From a virus: a stretch of 64,000 bases of DNA. The translations under genes were made by a program, and so were the position numbers. The stretch is from the IMG/VR virus record IMGVR_UViG_3300008121_000011; one strand, given 5' to 3'. The notes beneath the pieces are model-generated. The model ran no database searches and was not told the origin of the DNA. It saw nothing but the letters and a program-made list of their open reading frames with translations. Below, in pieces: positions 34,707-44,693 of the stretch. Each line of letters opens with the position of its first letter. The first letter of the stretch is position 1.

Positions 34707-36355
34707 GATTCAGACTCCGTTTCATCTTCTTCATCATCCTCGCTATCGTCCTCTTCTTCCTCGTCATCATTCTCAGTCTCTACGACTTGACTCTGATTAG
34801 TATTAGCAGTAGCCATCTCTACAGGCGGCGCGATCGCCACAATTTTTTGATCCTTTGGCAAGAAATTAATTCTATGCAAAATCTCAGTAGCTGCTTCTTC
34901 AGTTAAGCCTTTATTAATTACCTGGAAAATAGTGCGAATCAAGTTCACGTCAGCAGGGGCAAGAATAAAGCTCAAATCTACGTCAATTGTACCGTGATCC
35001 TCGGTTACGTCTTTACCTTCCCACATTGCCCAATGGCAAAAGACTTGTTGAGAACATGACTCTTTATTGACCTCATACTCTTGCAGGCCAGCTTCATTTT
35101 GCCCAGCTTTGATGCTCACCTCAGTAGCAGATTGTTGGACAAATGACTCACCCAAGAAATTGAAAACAGTCTGTTTGATTAGTGATTCCAATCGGTCTAG
35201 CGCTTGAATCATAGGCGCGACACTATTAGCATCAGCTTGCAAGTAGTAAACCTTAGCGGCTCCGATTTGGGTTAACACTGTCTCAATGACAGCAGCGCCG
35301 CCTGTAGACAAAGGGTTGAGTTTCTCTGGAATAAAATCAATATGCTCACGAACTGCCGTTGGCTGCATCTTGCGAACTGTTGCAAGCCAATCGCTAAATA
35401 CTTGGTAATAGGTATGATTCTTTTGCTGTAAATCAAGTAACGGGGGTATTGTGTCCCATGGGTTAGCGCTGGTTACTGAGTAAAGCACAAAGGGGATTTG
35501 ACTCAATGGCTTGCCATTGGTATCTAGCAATGGTCTAGGCTCTTCTTCTACTCGATATTCCTTTTCGCCTTTGTCGTTAGTTTCAATGCAAGTTACTGAT
35601 CGCATCACAGCATAATAAATACGATCTTTTTCTTGCACTTTGATTAGCTCGTATTCCCAGCAATAATTTTTCATTGATTGCTTGTAACGGGTTTCGCTAA
35701 TTACCTCACTCCGATCAATCGTGACGTGCTTAAGCAGTACAGAGCCGTCATTGGTGTATTCGTAATCCTTGATATCAATATCTAATCTAGGAATTAGCAC
35801 TGAATAGGGGCGCAAATCTAATTGTTGTTCAACTGCACGATTAGGGATTTCGCCAAAATTAGGATAAAGGGTAAGCACTCCTACAAAGCCATCTCTAACA
35901 GCCATGCGATCGGCTTCGAGAAAGAATGCTCTAATTGATGTGCCGCGCTTATCAAAGTTTTTGGAGGCATTGACAACCGACTCAGGTACATTGCCACTAA
36001 GCACCCATTTGCTCAGCAGACTAGATACAATTTTGACGGCTGGCTTGAAAAAATTGACGAATAGCGATCGCCTTAATCTGAAATACCACTCTTTAGGTGT
36101 TTCGCTTGGCATGAGTGGTAAATATTCCTCAGCCAAATTATCAATAATCTGATCGAGGTTTTCGCCATAAATCCAAGCGCTTTGACCCTCGTAGAAATCT
36201 ATGCAACGCCTGACATTAGCTTGCTGTCTTTGATAAGCAATGCTCTTTAATGTTGGGTTGTTATCGTCGCCAAGTATGTTACCGCCTCGATAGCCTTTAG
36301 CGATCGCCCCTGGCAATTGATTTGGCTGTAACGTGATTAAAGTTTCTGTTGTCAT
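34703..36355 (-). CDS. portal protein candidate
   Basis: 550 aa; size, position next to the scaffold/capsid genes and the poly-acidic C-terminal tail fit a portal. Confidence 0.55.
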   Translation of the reverse strand: MTTETLITLQPNQLPGAIAKGYRGGNILGDDNNPTLKSIAYQRQQANVRRCIDFYEGQSAWIYGENLDQIIDNLAEEYLPLMPSETPKEWYFRLRRSLFVNFFKPAVKIVSSLLSKWVLSGNVPESVVNASKNFDKRGTSIRAFFLEADRMAVRDGFVGVLTLYPNFGEIPNRAVEQQLDLRPYSVLIPRLDIDIKDYEYTNDGSVLLKHVTIDRSEVISETRYKQSMKNYCWEYELIKVQEKDRIYYAVMRSVTCIETNDKGEKEYRVEEEPRPLLDTNGKPLSQIPFVLYSVTSANPWDTIPPLLDLQQKNHTYYQVFSDWLATVRKMQPTAVREHIDFIPEKLNPLSTGGAAVIETVLTQIGAAKVYYLQADANSVAPMIQALDRLESLIKQTVFNFLGESFVQQSATEVSIKAGQNEAGLQEYEVNKESCSQQVFCHWAMWEGKDVTEDHGTIDVDLSFILAPADVNLIRTIFQVINKGLTEEAATEILHRINFLPKDQKIVAIAPPVEMATANTNQSQVVETENDDEEEEDDSEDDEEDETESES

Positions 36356-36520
36356 TTTTGCAACATTAATTATTAATATGATATTATCAGCTTAATCTGA
36401 GTTAATGGGGCGTGATGCCCTAATTAATAAAAGATTGCGGAAAAGATTAGAAGTGATTTCTACCTTTGAGCGTGATGCCCCCGCTACACAGCAAAGCACT
36501 CAAAGTTAGGAATCATAAAT

Positions 36521-37474
36521 ATGGCAGCTTTAACACTATTAGAAATGGCAAAGCAAGCCCGTGAGACGGGAGACGTTCTCAAGGCTGGCATTGTCGAGCA
36601 GTATGCAGGTAATTCTCCGATCCTTGACGTTATTGCGTTTGAAGAAAGAGCGGGCGGTGTCGTTGAGTGGCTGCAAGAGAAGCGACTCCCCTTAATGGCT
36701 AACCGTGCAATCAACGAAGGTTTTACAGCCGATATTGGTGAAGTTGAACGACGGATCGAGAAAGTCGTGATTGCTGGTGGCGAAATCAAGATCGATACGG
36801 CTGGATTGAAGTTGTATGGCGAAAACGTCTTGACCACTCAAATTTCGATGGCGCTTAAGTCTTTACAACTTAAATGGCATGGCGATTTCTTTAATGGCGA
36901 TCACGCCACTAACCCTAAAGAATTTTCTGGGTTGAAGACTCGTGCTGGTGGTACTCAACTAGTTCAAGCTGGTAGCACTTCGGGCGGTGATGCATTATCA
37001 CTTAGCGCTTTACGCCGCGCTCGTTCTAGGGTTCGCGCTGTCAACCCTCGCGCCCAATTGCGTATCTACTCCAATCTTGAATTGTATTTGCGCTACCAAG
37101 ATGCAATCAGCAATCCCACAATTTCGGGTTACGTTGTCCAAACCAAGAATGACATCGGCATTGAAGCCCCTACATTTATGGGTGTCCCTTGGTTTCCTAT
37201 TGAAGAAGACGCAGAGGGCGATCAAATTCTTGGTTTTGCCGAAGTTGCAAGCGGCGGCGGATCGGCTGTAACCTCTTCGATCTACATCGTTGCATTTTCT
37301 CCTGAAGACCTTACAGGTATTCAAACAGGCGGTATTGATGTACGTGACATGGGTGAAATGCAAACCGAAACCAAGCGATTGATTCGCATGGATTGGTTGA
37401 ACAATTTCGCAACCTATAACCCTCGTTCCTTTGTTCGCCTTGCTGGTGTAAAGGACGCTGCTTTTGTCGCTTAA
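36521..37474 (+). CDS. major capsid protein candidate
   Basis: 317-aa ORF with a strong context (aggaatcataaatATG), divergent from the portal; composition typical of HK97-fold capsids. Confidence 0.6.
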   Translation: MAALTLLEMAKQARETGDVLKAGIVEQYAGNSPILDVIAFEERAGGVVEWLQEKRLPLMANRAINEGFTADIGEVERRIEKVVIAGGEIKIDTAGLKLYGENVLTTQISMALKSLQLKWHGDFFNGDHATNPKEFSGLKTRAGGTQLVQAGSTSGGDALSLSALRRARSRVRAVNPRAQLRIYSNLELYLRYQDAISNPTISGYVVQTKNDIGIEAPTFMGVPWFPIEEDAEGDQILGFAEVASGGGSAVTSSIYIVAFSPEDLTGIQTGGIDVRDMGEMQTETKRLIRMDWLNNFATYNPRSFVRLAGVKDAAFVA

Positions 37475-37543
37475 AAATATCAATTATGGGATATCCCATA
37501 ATTGATATTTTGCAATGCTTTCAACCCAATCAAAGAGAAAATC

Positions 37544-37999
37544 ATGGTCTACTCAAGCGCTTTTAAATCTACTCTCCCTAGAGCTAATAACTCTACCAAC
37601 ACATCGCAAATCGATGCGTTGACAACCCTACGCGATTACACAGCGGCGGCTGCTACTGCAACTACTAATGGCACTCCCATTGAATATCCTTTTAATGCCG
37701 AAGAATCGGTAAAGGTGATCATTAATCAGGCTGCTTACTCTAGCTATGCGGCTGGTACTGTTCATTGGACTCTATCTCTTGAGGTTTGCGACACTGTTGC
37801 TGGTACTTATAGGCAAGTCGCCTCTATTGCCCCCACCGTAGCGGCTGGCGCGGCTCTCAATGGTCAAGAGGTATTCTTGAGTGGTGAACAAATCAATAAA
37901 ACTTTTGCTAATGCAAGGTTTTTAAGAATTGTCGCAACTAAACTCAGCACAGCAGGAAACCTCACTTTTGGCGCTTACCTCGTTCCATCTGGCCGCTAA
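37544..37999 (+). CDS. head-associated structural protein
   Basis: 151 aa from ATG 37544 (in frame with the track ORF), immediately after the capsid gene. Confidence 0.45.
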   Translation: MVYSSAFKSTLPRANNSTNTSQIDALTTLRDYTAAAATATTNGTPIEYPFNAEESVKVIINQAAYSSYAAGTVHWTLSLEVCDTVAGTYRQVASIAPTVAAGAALNGQEVFLSGEQINKTFANARFLRIVATKLSTAGNLTFGAYLVPSGR

Positions 38000-38002
38000 T
38001 TT

Positions 38003-38191
38003 ATGAAGATCAATCTTTATCACCCCAAAACAGGGGAATTAAGACGAATCCATCACCATGATGTTGAAGGCTGGATTGCAGACGGATGGCTGACATCGCC
38101 CCCCGATCTAAATCCGATTGTTGAGGAAGAACCAGAAGCGATCGCACCAAAGCCAAAAGCTAAAAAATCTACACCTGTAGATACTGAATAA
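38003..38191 (+). CDS. hypothetical protein
   Basis: 62-aa ORF followed by a terminator. Confidence 0.35.
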   Translation: MKINLYHPKTGELRRIHHHDVEGWIADGWLTSPPDLNPIVEEEPEAIAPKPKAKKSTPVDTE

Positions 38192-38200
38192 CTAAACGGA

Positions 38201-38228
38201 ATAGGCGATCGCAAGGTCGCCTATTTTA
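38201..38228 (+). terminator. rho-independent terminator
   Basis: taggcga / tcgccta stem followed by TTTT. Confidence 0.5.
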
Positions 38229-38234
38229 ATAAAA

Positions 38235-38603
38235 ATGAGTTGCGCTCTTGAAGTACCAATTGAAAATTTTGCGGACAATCCGATAGTTATTGGTTTCCCT
38301 TGGAAAGCATCGTTATCTTTTGGCGTGGGTACTCAGGCGACTTTTGTTGGTCTTGATTTATTGCTGTACGATATCTTTTTTGCGATCGCGCCAAACGCAA
38401 AATCGTCTATTAGTATTGCCCCTACTGTTACAAAGTACTCTAACGGATTAGCGGAATTTGAATTTAGTGCAATTCAGACAGGTGTCATGTCCCCCGCAGG
38501 TCGATGGACTGGACATTGTTTTTTGCAGTTAATAGCTGGAGGATCGCCAGAATATTTTATAGAGATCGCCCCTTACGTCGTTAATCCTGTACCAATGCCA
38601 TGA
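38235..38603 (+). CDS. structural-module protein
   Basis: 122-aa ORF, 4-nt overlap with the next gene. Confidence 0.4.
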   Translation: MSCALEVPIENFADNPIVIGFPWKASLSFGVGTQATFVGLDLLLYDIFFAIAPNAKSSISIAPTVTKYSNGLAEFEFSAIQTGVMSPAGRWTGHCFLQLIAGGSPEYFIEIAPYVVNPVPMP

Positions 38604-39001
38604 CGCAAATAGTTAAAGTCCTTAACTCGCCAACACGAATTATTAAATCTGCACCAATCCAGATTAATAACACTGGCGTATCAGCTAAGCAAAAATCCAT
38701 AAATTTTAGTTATGGCGATGTGACTACACAAACGATCTATGCATTGACAGCAGGGCAGCGGATTACTCAGGTTGAAATTGTTTTTGATGTTGCCTTTAAT
38801 GTCGTTTCTACTATTTCTGTAGGAGATAGTGGCAACACTCAGAGATTAATGACTACAGGACAAAATAATCCGCTTTCTACGGATGTTTACGCAACGACCC
38901 CGTTTTATAAATATGCGTCAAATACCAATATTTTGCTAACTCTTAATACTGGTATGGGCGCTACTCAAGGATCGGGCGTTGTTATTGTTTATTACGAATA
39001 G
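38600..39001 (+). CDS. structural-module protein
   Basis: 133-aa ORF. Confidence 0.4.
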   Translation: MTQIVKVLNSPTRIIKSAPIQINNTGVSAKQKSINFSYGDVTTQTIYALTAGQRITQVEIVFDVAFNVVSTISVGDSGNTQRLMTTGQNNPLSTDVYATTPFYKYASNTNILLTLNTGMGATQGSGVVIVYYE

Positions 39002-39010
39002 GAGAAAGAA

Positions 39011-39688
39011 ATGGGGTTGTTTAAAGATCTAAAAGGTACGACAGAAAGCATTTTTCGCGTCGGCGTAAATGCTTGGAAAAATATTACGGGTGGGATTGCT
39101 GCTCGTAATGCTGCTGATAATGCCGACGTAAAGGTTCAAGCGAGCCAATTTGAAAGCACTGGCAACACTGGTCTGATTATCAACGCTGACGCTGCTAATA
39201 CAGGCGCTGATTGGTCTATCACGATCAATCGTCCTGCAACTGGTATGGCGGCTGGCTACACACTGACACTGCCTACTACAGACGGATCTCCGTCTGAGTA
39301 TTTGCAGACAGATGGCAGCGGCAATTTAACATGGGCTGGGGTAGGAGGATCTGCCGACAAAATGGCGGTTGATACTACTTCGTTAGCTTTTGGTACGTCT
39401 TCACCATTAACACTGTTTACGACCCCAGCTAATGCTGTAATCCATAAAATCCAAGTCGTTATTGATACGCCTTTTAATGGCACTGCTAACGTAACTGTGG
39501 GGATTGCTGGCACTACCTCTAAATATATGGGTTCGTCCCAAAATGTCTTGCAAGGCACTGCTAAAGATGTTTACGAAACGAATCCTGGAGAGGCGGCGGC
39601 TAGTGAAGCTTTGATCGCTACTTACGCAGCAGGTGGCGCTAGTGCTGGAGCTGCTAGAATCTTGGTGTATTACTCTGTACCGTCATAA
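39011..39688 (+). CDS. fibre-like protein
   Basis: 225 aa; GADWSITINRPATGMAAGYTLTLPTTDGSPSEYLQTDGSGNLTWAG motif is shared with 39693..39962. Confidence 0.5.
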   Translation: MGLFKDLKGTTESIFRVGVNAWKNITGGIAARNAADNADVKVQASQFESTGNTGLIINADAANTGADWSITINRPATGMAAGYTLTLPTTDGSPSEYLQTDGSGNLTWAGVGGSADKMAVDTTSLAFGTSSPLTLFTTPANAVIHKIQVVIDTPFNGTANVTVGIAGTTSKYMGSSQNVLQGTAKDVYETNPGEAAASEALIATYAAGGASAGAARILVYYSVPS

Positions 39689-39692
39689 TTAA

Positions 39693-39962
39693 ATGAGCTT
39701 AATACCTGATCTAAAGGGAATCACTAATACTAGCTTCATGCTTAATGCTGGAGCTAGTCAAAGCGGATCTGACTGGCGAACTATTTTGCAATTACCAGCA
39801 ACGGGTCAGGGCGCAAATTTAACTTTTACTTTGCCGCCAAATTACGGAACTTCGGGACAGATTTTACAAACCGATGGCACGGGTGTAATGACTTGGGTTA
39901 CTAATACGGGCGGATCTGGAATTAGTGAAGAGTTGGCGATCGCCTATGCAGTGGTGCTATGA
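39693..39962 (+). CDS. fibre-like protein (short paralog)
   Basis: 89 aa; GSDWRTILQLPATGQGANLTFTLPPNYGTSGQILQTDGTGVMTWV. Confidence 0.45.
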   Translation: MSLIPDLKGITNTSFMLNAGASQSGSDWRTILQLPATGQGANLTFTLPPNYGTSGQILQTDGTGVMTWVTNTGGSGISEELAIAYAVVL

Positions 39963-40534
39963 AAATATTAATTACGAACTACACTTTTAACGCCGCCTCA
40001 AGAACAGTTACGTTTTTGGGCTATTCGCGTATTTTGCTTGATTCAATTCTGATAATCACAAACGTCGCATCCAACACGATTATTTATAATTTTGCGGGAT
40101 CTGGTAAGGGCGGGACTGTATCGGGCAACGTACTTACGCTTGATTTTGACACTAGCGCAATGTCAAATAGCGACCCCTTGCAGATTTACTACGAAGATGC
40201 GGCGATCGTTCCCGCGACGGTGCAAGAGCAGCAAAACACTGAAGATTTACTTTATTTGCTATCCGTTCAAGGCAATGCATTAGGCAAATTGGCTGAAATG
40301 GTTGATGGTGCAAATATTCGGGCGGCGCTACAGGCAAGCGCCGCTGTGATTGGCGCTGTAACCCAAAGCGGATCATGGTCTATCGCCACGGTAACAACGG
40401 TGACAACGGTGACAACCTGTTCAACCCTTACAAACCAAACACAGAACGGTGGACAACCTACTAACGATATTGTTCCAAACGCTTCAAATACGCTTGCCTG
40501 TTTGCTAAATATCAATAACGTTACTTACACATAA
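39959..40534 (+). CDS. structural-module protein
   Basis: 191 aa; contains a 9-bp x3 tandem repeat (VTTVTTVTT) at 40391-40417. Confidence 0.45.
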   Translation: MKILITNYTFNAASRTVTFLGYSRILLDSILIITNVASNTIIYNFAGSGKGGTVSGNVLTLDFDTSAMSNSDPLQIYYEDAAIVPATVQEQQNTEDLLYLLSVQGNALGKLAEMVDGANIRAALQASAAVIGAVTQSGSWSIATVTTVTTVTTCSTLTNQTQNGGQPTNDIVPNASNTLACLLNINNVTYT

Positions 40535-40538
40535 ACCT

Positions 40539-42260
40539 ATGCGAGTACTACAAAAAAATCTACCTTTATTGCATACGCCAACGTTTCAGCAGATGTCCAA
40601 TGCTCCTGCTGCGACGGTTGCAAACGCATTTGTTGCCAACGATCCTACAGGTCGAGCGCCATTTGCGCTGTACGTTGTATCTGCTACGGTGCAATATTTG
40701 TATAACGATAATGGATGGGTTCAAATTCCTTCGGGCGCTTTAGCCACGTTTGGGGCTGGGGCTTGCGCGGTATATCACCCATGGAGTAATACCTATACAG
40801 CAAACGGTGGAAGCACAACAACAGCGACAGTAGCGGCGGCTACGCATAATATTACGGGCTTAGCGCTTGGCGAGACAATTGAGTTTGTTGTTAGTGGCAC
40901 TAACAGCGGATTGCGTCGCACAATCACAGGCGTAATTAATAACGCGGGTACAGGCACAATTACGATCCAATGGTCGGGCGCTGTTGCAACAGCGGTATTA
41001 AACACTCACACGTTTAGGATTAGCACAGGCAGATTTTTTGTCTATGGTGGCGGTGCAACCACGGCGGGATCGTTCAAATCCTTTGATGTTGGTACTATGT
41101 CTTGGTCTGGGAACTTGGTGGTAACAGGCGTTCCAACTTTTACTAATGACGGGCGTATGGCTTTGATGTATCAGCTCCCTAAAAGCTTTCAATCAGGGCT
41201 TGCAACGGCTGTTACCAATACCACGAATGCCACTCTTTCTGATACTACAAAAAGCTGGAAGGTAAATCAATGGACTGGCTATTGGGTAAGAATTACCGCA
41301 GGGGCGGGTTCGCCTAATGGCAGTACAGGGGCGATCAATCCGTTACTTCAAATCACTAGTAATACAGCAAATCAGCTTGTTCTCACTGGTGTTTTCACGA
41401 CTCCTCCTGATACAACCTCTTCATATTCAATAGAAGGCGTACTTGCTTCTGGAGTTGCGACTTCTGGAAGTACAACAACGTTGGTTAACTCAGCTAAATC
41501 GGGCGGATCGGCGTGGACTGCTAACCAGTGGACTAACTCGCGAGTAAGAATCGCAGGGGGGACGGGGTTAGGGCAAACATCAATTATTGCTAGCAATACA
41601 GGTGACACTCTAACTATCGGTACTGTCGGCACTGCGATCGCGTCGGGTTCTATTTATGAGATTGAAGGTGATGAAAACTTTATCTATTTGGCTGGTAATG
41701 CTGCTGTTGCCATGTACAAATACTCAATTTCGGCGGGTACTTGGGCAACGATAGCGCCAACAACCGCAAGAACGACAGCGCCAGGGGCTTCTCTAAGCTT
41801 GAATGCCGCTTACCATACAGGCTGTCCAAATTGGAGTAGTGAACCAGCGATTTTAAACGGTCGCTACCTTTATTCTTTTAGAGGCGCTGCTTCTGGGGTT
41901 GTAGATCGCCTTGATATAGCTGGAGGTACGGCTGGGGCTGCGGCGTGGGCTGTAGTTACTGTAGTGAATCAAGAGACATTCACTACAGGCGCAAGCTTTG
42001 ATATCTGGAAGGGTAAAATATACATCAGGAAAGAGTCGGCATCAGGTGTGGCGCAAAGGTTTTTTTACTATGATGTCGTTAAAAACGCACTGCTACCTTT
42101 TACCACACTAAATTACCCAGATGGCGCGGCGTTAGCTGGGAATAAAATCTGGGTAAAAACTTTTGACCAGAACCAAACCGAGGCAGATACCGATGCCGTA
42201 AATTGGCTTTACACGCTACAATCGACAGGTACGGCTTTACACAGAATCATGCTCTTTTAG
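40539..42260 (+). CDS. large structural / fibre-like protein
   Basis: 573-aa Thr/Gly/Ala/Ser-rich beta-type ORF. Confidence 0.5.
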   Translation: MRVLQKNLPLLHTPTFQQMSNAPAATVANAFVANDPTGRAPFALYVVSATVQYLYNDNGWVQIPSGALATFGAGACAVYHPWSNTYTANGGSTTTATVAAATHNITGLALGETIEFVVSGTNSGLRRTITGVINNAGTGTITIQWSGAVATAVLNTHTFRISTGRFFVYGGGATTAGSFKSFDVGTMSWSGNLVVTGVPTFTNDGRMALMYQLPKSFQSGLATAVTNTTNATLSDTTKSWKVNQWTGYWVRITAGAGSPNGSTGAINPLLQITSNTANQLVLTGVFTTPPDTTSSYSIEGVLASGVATSGSTTTLVNSAKSGGSAWTANQWTNSRVRIAGGTGLGQTSIIASNTGDTLTIGTVGTAIASGSIYEIEGDENFIYLAGNAAVAMYKYSISAGTWATIAPTTARTTAPGASLSLNAAYHTGCPNWSSEPAILNGRYLYSFRGAASGVVDRLDIAGGTAGAAAWAVVTVVNQETFTTGASFDIWKGKIYIRKESASGVAQRFFYYDVVKNALLPFTTLNYPDGAALAGNKIWVKTFDQNQTEADTDAVNWLYTLQSTGTALHRIMLF

Positions 42261-42269
42261 GAGAAAACA

Positions 42270-42737
42270 ATGGCTAGCAAAACAACGAAAATCCAAGGTG
42301 TTGATTCAAGTACCTTTAATCTCACGATCGATCAATTTGATGAAGCGCTGCAAACAAATGTTCAGCGCTTGAGCCAAAACATTCCACAAGTTGATTACTC
42401 AGTACACTTTACTGACGGAACAACCGTTAGAGCGCGGTACGACAACAATCTATCGCGATGGGACATTTCACTAGTAAGAAGTCTGACACTCACTAGTGAA
42501 AATTGTATTTTCTTGACGGATCCCGAAGATCCCAATAGCGATTCATATTTTGAATACGATTGGGAATACCCAGCGTTGATTACTTCTCCGTTTTACAGTG
42601 AACTCATCGTTGAATGGATCCGCGACAATGTTGTGGTAAATGGGATCGTCAATCAAATCAGCATCAACTACATCCAAGAAGGCGCTTATAGAGCCTTTAC
42701 AAATCTTAGTGACCAACTCTACTGGATTCACCCTTAA
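42270..42737 (+). CDS. structural-module protein
   Basis: 155-aa ORF. Confidence 0.45.
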   Translation: MASKTTKIQGVDSSTFNLTIDQFDEALQTNVQRLSQNIPQVDYSVHFTDGTTVRARYDNNLSRWDISLVRSLTLTSENCIFLTDPEDPNSDSYFEYDWEYPALITSPFYSELIVEWIRDNVVVNGIVNQISINYIQEGAYRAFTNLSDQLYWIHP

Positions 42738-42817
42738 CCCTTACCAAAAGCCCGTCATGTCTGGCGGTGCTGGTGCAGGATCAAGAATACCGAAATAAGC
42801 TTGCCTATTTTATAAAA

Positions 42818-43759
42818 ATGACAGTACAAACTGATTTACAGACAAATCTAGACACTTATATCCAATCAAACTTCCAAGGCAGTTTGGAAGAAGTGTCAGC
42901 CGATCAATTGCCTTTGCAAAACCTACTAAAATTGCAAAGTTATTTAGCGAATAGCGGTGGCGGCGGTTCTGGTGGCGTTGCTGATACGACTGCAACAGGC
43001 ACAATTACCACTCAAAATCTAGTTCCCGCTGGCGTTGCAACGACTGGCTCCGCTGTATCCATAGACCTTAATAGCAAAGGTACAGTTACAATTCAAGTGA
43101 CTGGAACTTATACAGGCGCTTTGTCAGCACAAATTACGACTGACGGGACTAATTGGGTTACTCCAACAAATACCGTATTTAAAAATATGACCACAGGCGC
43201 GAATAGTGCTACTATTCCGAGCGCATCCGTGGGAATTTGGCAGATTGAAGTTATCGGTCACGCAAAATTTAGATTAAGCGCTCTTGCAGCCGTCACAGGT
43301 ACAGCTACTATTGCTCTTAGAGCAGCGGCAAATACTTCACAGGTAAGCGTTGCGGGTGTATCTACAGCCGCAAATCAAACAACTGGGAACGCTTCTCTAA
43401 CAAGTCTTGTTGCAGCAACGATCCCTGCGTTTACCAATAGCGCTATTAATCTGGGATCTGCCAACGCTGCTACGCTCAAGGCTAGCGCGGGGGCGGTTTA
43501 CAAAATTTATTGCTACAACAAAAATGCTGCAACGAGATTTTTTCAAATCCACAATAAGGCAACTACGCCTGTAAATACTGAAGTCCCTGTTGAGTCATTC
43601 CCGATTGCTGCTAATTCAGCGCTGATAATTGATATCGCCTTTTTCGGTGCATCTGGTCGGGCTTGCAGTATTGGCGTATCATGGGCTTTCTCAACCACTG
43701 AGGCGACATTGACACTGGGTACTGCTACTGACCAAACTAGCTCTGTGGGGTTTTTGTAA
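42818..43759 (+). CDS. structural / fibre-like protein
   Basis: 313 aa from ATG 42818 (in frame with the track ORF); Gly-run followed by a Thr/Ala-rich beta region. Confidence 0.45.
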   Translation: MTVQTDLQTNLDTYIQSNFQGSLEEVSADQLPLQNLLKLQSYLANSGGGGSGGVADTTATGTITTQNLVPAGVATTGSAVSIDLNSKGTVTIQVTGTYTGALSAQITTDGTNWVTPTNTVFKNMTTGANSATIPSASVGIWQIEVIGHAKFRLSALAAVTGTATIALRAAANTSQVSVAGVSTAANQTTGNASLTSLVAATIPAFTNSAINLGSANAATLKASAGAVYKIYCYNKNAATRFFQIHNKATTPVNTEVPVESFPIAANSALIIDIAFFGASGRACSIGVSWAFSTTEATLTLGTATDQTSSVGFL

Positions 43760-44208
43760 TGAGTGGAATTATTTTTGGTGGGAGCGGCGTAATTGCTGAT
43801 GGCTCGGTAACAACAGCCAAGATTGCTGATGCAAATATTACTGCGCCAAAATTAAACGGTGCTCAATCTGGCTCGGCTCCTGTTTTTGGTGTTCGCGCAT
43901 GGGTGAACTTTAATGGCACTGGCACACTAGCTATTAGGGCTAGCGGTAACGTAAGCTCTGTAACTGACAACAATACTGGCGACTACACAATTAACTTTAC
44001 GACAGCTTTGCCTAATGCCAATTATGCGGTTTCTGTTACTAGTACTAATCTCAACCCAAATAATCAAGACTTAAATGCTGTGGTGATGGGAACTGTGGCT
44101 GCTGGTGCAACTCTCAAGACTGCCACCCAACTGCGGATAAATGTAGGCACTATTAGTGTGGCGGCTTTGATCGATGCTGCTGAAGTAAATGTTATGGTTG
44201 TTGGGTAA
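43759..44208 (+). CDS. tail-fibre-like protein
   Basis: 149 aa; N-terminus GSVTTAKIADANITAPKL is typical of fibre proteins. Confidence 0.5.
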   Translation: MSGIIFGGSGVIADGSVTTAKIADANITAPKLNGAQSGSAPVFGVRAWVNFNGTGTLAIRASGNVSSVTDNNTGDYTINFTTALPNANYAVSVTSTNLNPNNQDLNAVVMGTVAAGATLKTATQLRINVGTISVAALIDAAEVNVMVVG

Positions 44209-44237
44209 ATGTTATGGTTGTTGGGTAAAAATGCAAT

Positions 44238-44693
44238 ATGCAAGTAATAGCTTTTACAAACGATGAAGGCGGTGTATCTATCCTTACTCCTATCCTAGAT
44301 AGCGGGCTAACAATAGAACAAATTACAGAAAAAGATATTCCGCTACTCAATGGAGAGCCTATACCTTATCTGATTCTTGATGATTCGGAGTTACCCGATC
44401 GCATTGATCGCGATCGCTGGACAATTCAAGGCAACTCAGTAATTATTGATGAATCGATCCCTTTACCTGAAACCATCAGAGAGATTGATGCAAGGCGTTT
44501 AAGGCTTGCGTTGCATCAATTAAATCTTTTGGATACTGTCGAGACAGTGATTGCCGCATTAGGTCGTGATGCCCAAATCGAATGGGAGTATGCAACCATA
44601 ATTAAAGCGAACTACCCTTTGGTGATTTCCTTATCAAGTGAGCTGGGCTTAAATGTTAGCGAGATTTTTGATATTGCGATCGCAATTAAATAA
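44238..44693 (+). CDS. hypothetical protein (fibre-assembly position)
   Basis: 151-aa ORF, last gene of the plus-strand structural block. Confidence 0.4.
   Translation: MQVIAFTNDEGGVSILTPILDSGLTIEQITEKDIPLLNGEPIPYLILDDSELPDRIDRDRWTIQGNSVIIDESIPLPETIREIDARRLRLALHQLNLLDTVETVIAALGRDAQIEWEYATIIKANYPLVISLSSELGLNVSEIFDIAIAIK

Noticed and set aside
36484-37499. ORFs antisense to or overlapping the capsid gene (36484..36837, 36987..37271, 37010..37483, 37311..37499)
   Set aside because: They overlap a strongly supported 317-aa ORF, and their compositions are typical of off-frame translation.
40391-40417. 9-bp x3 tandem repeat (gtaacaacg gtgacaacg gtgacaacc)
   Set aside because: It is a short in-frame VTT triplet inside a structural gene, too small to interpret beyond noting it.
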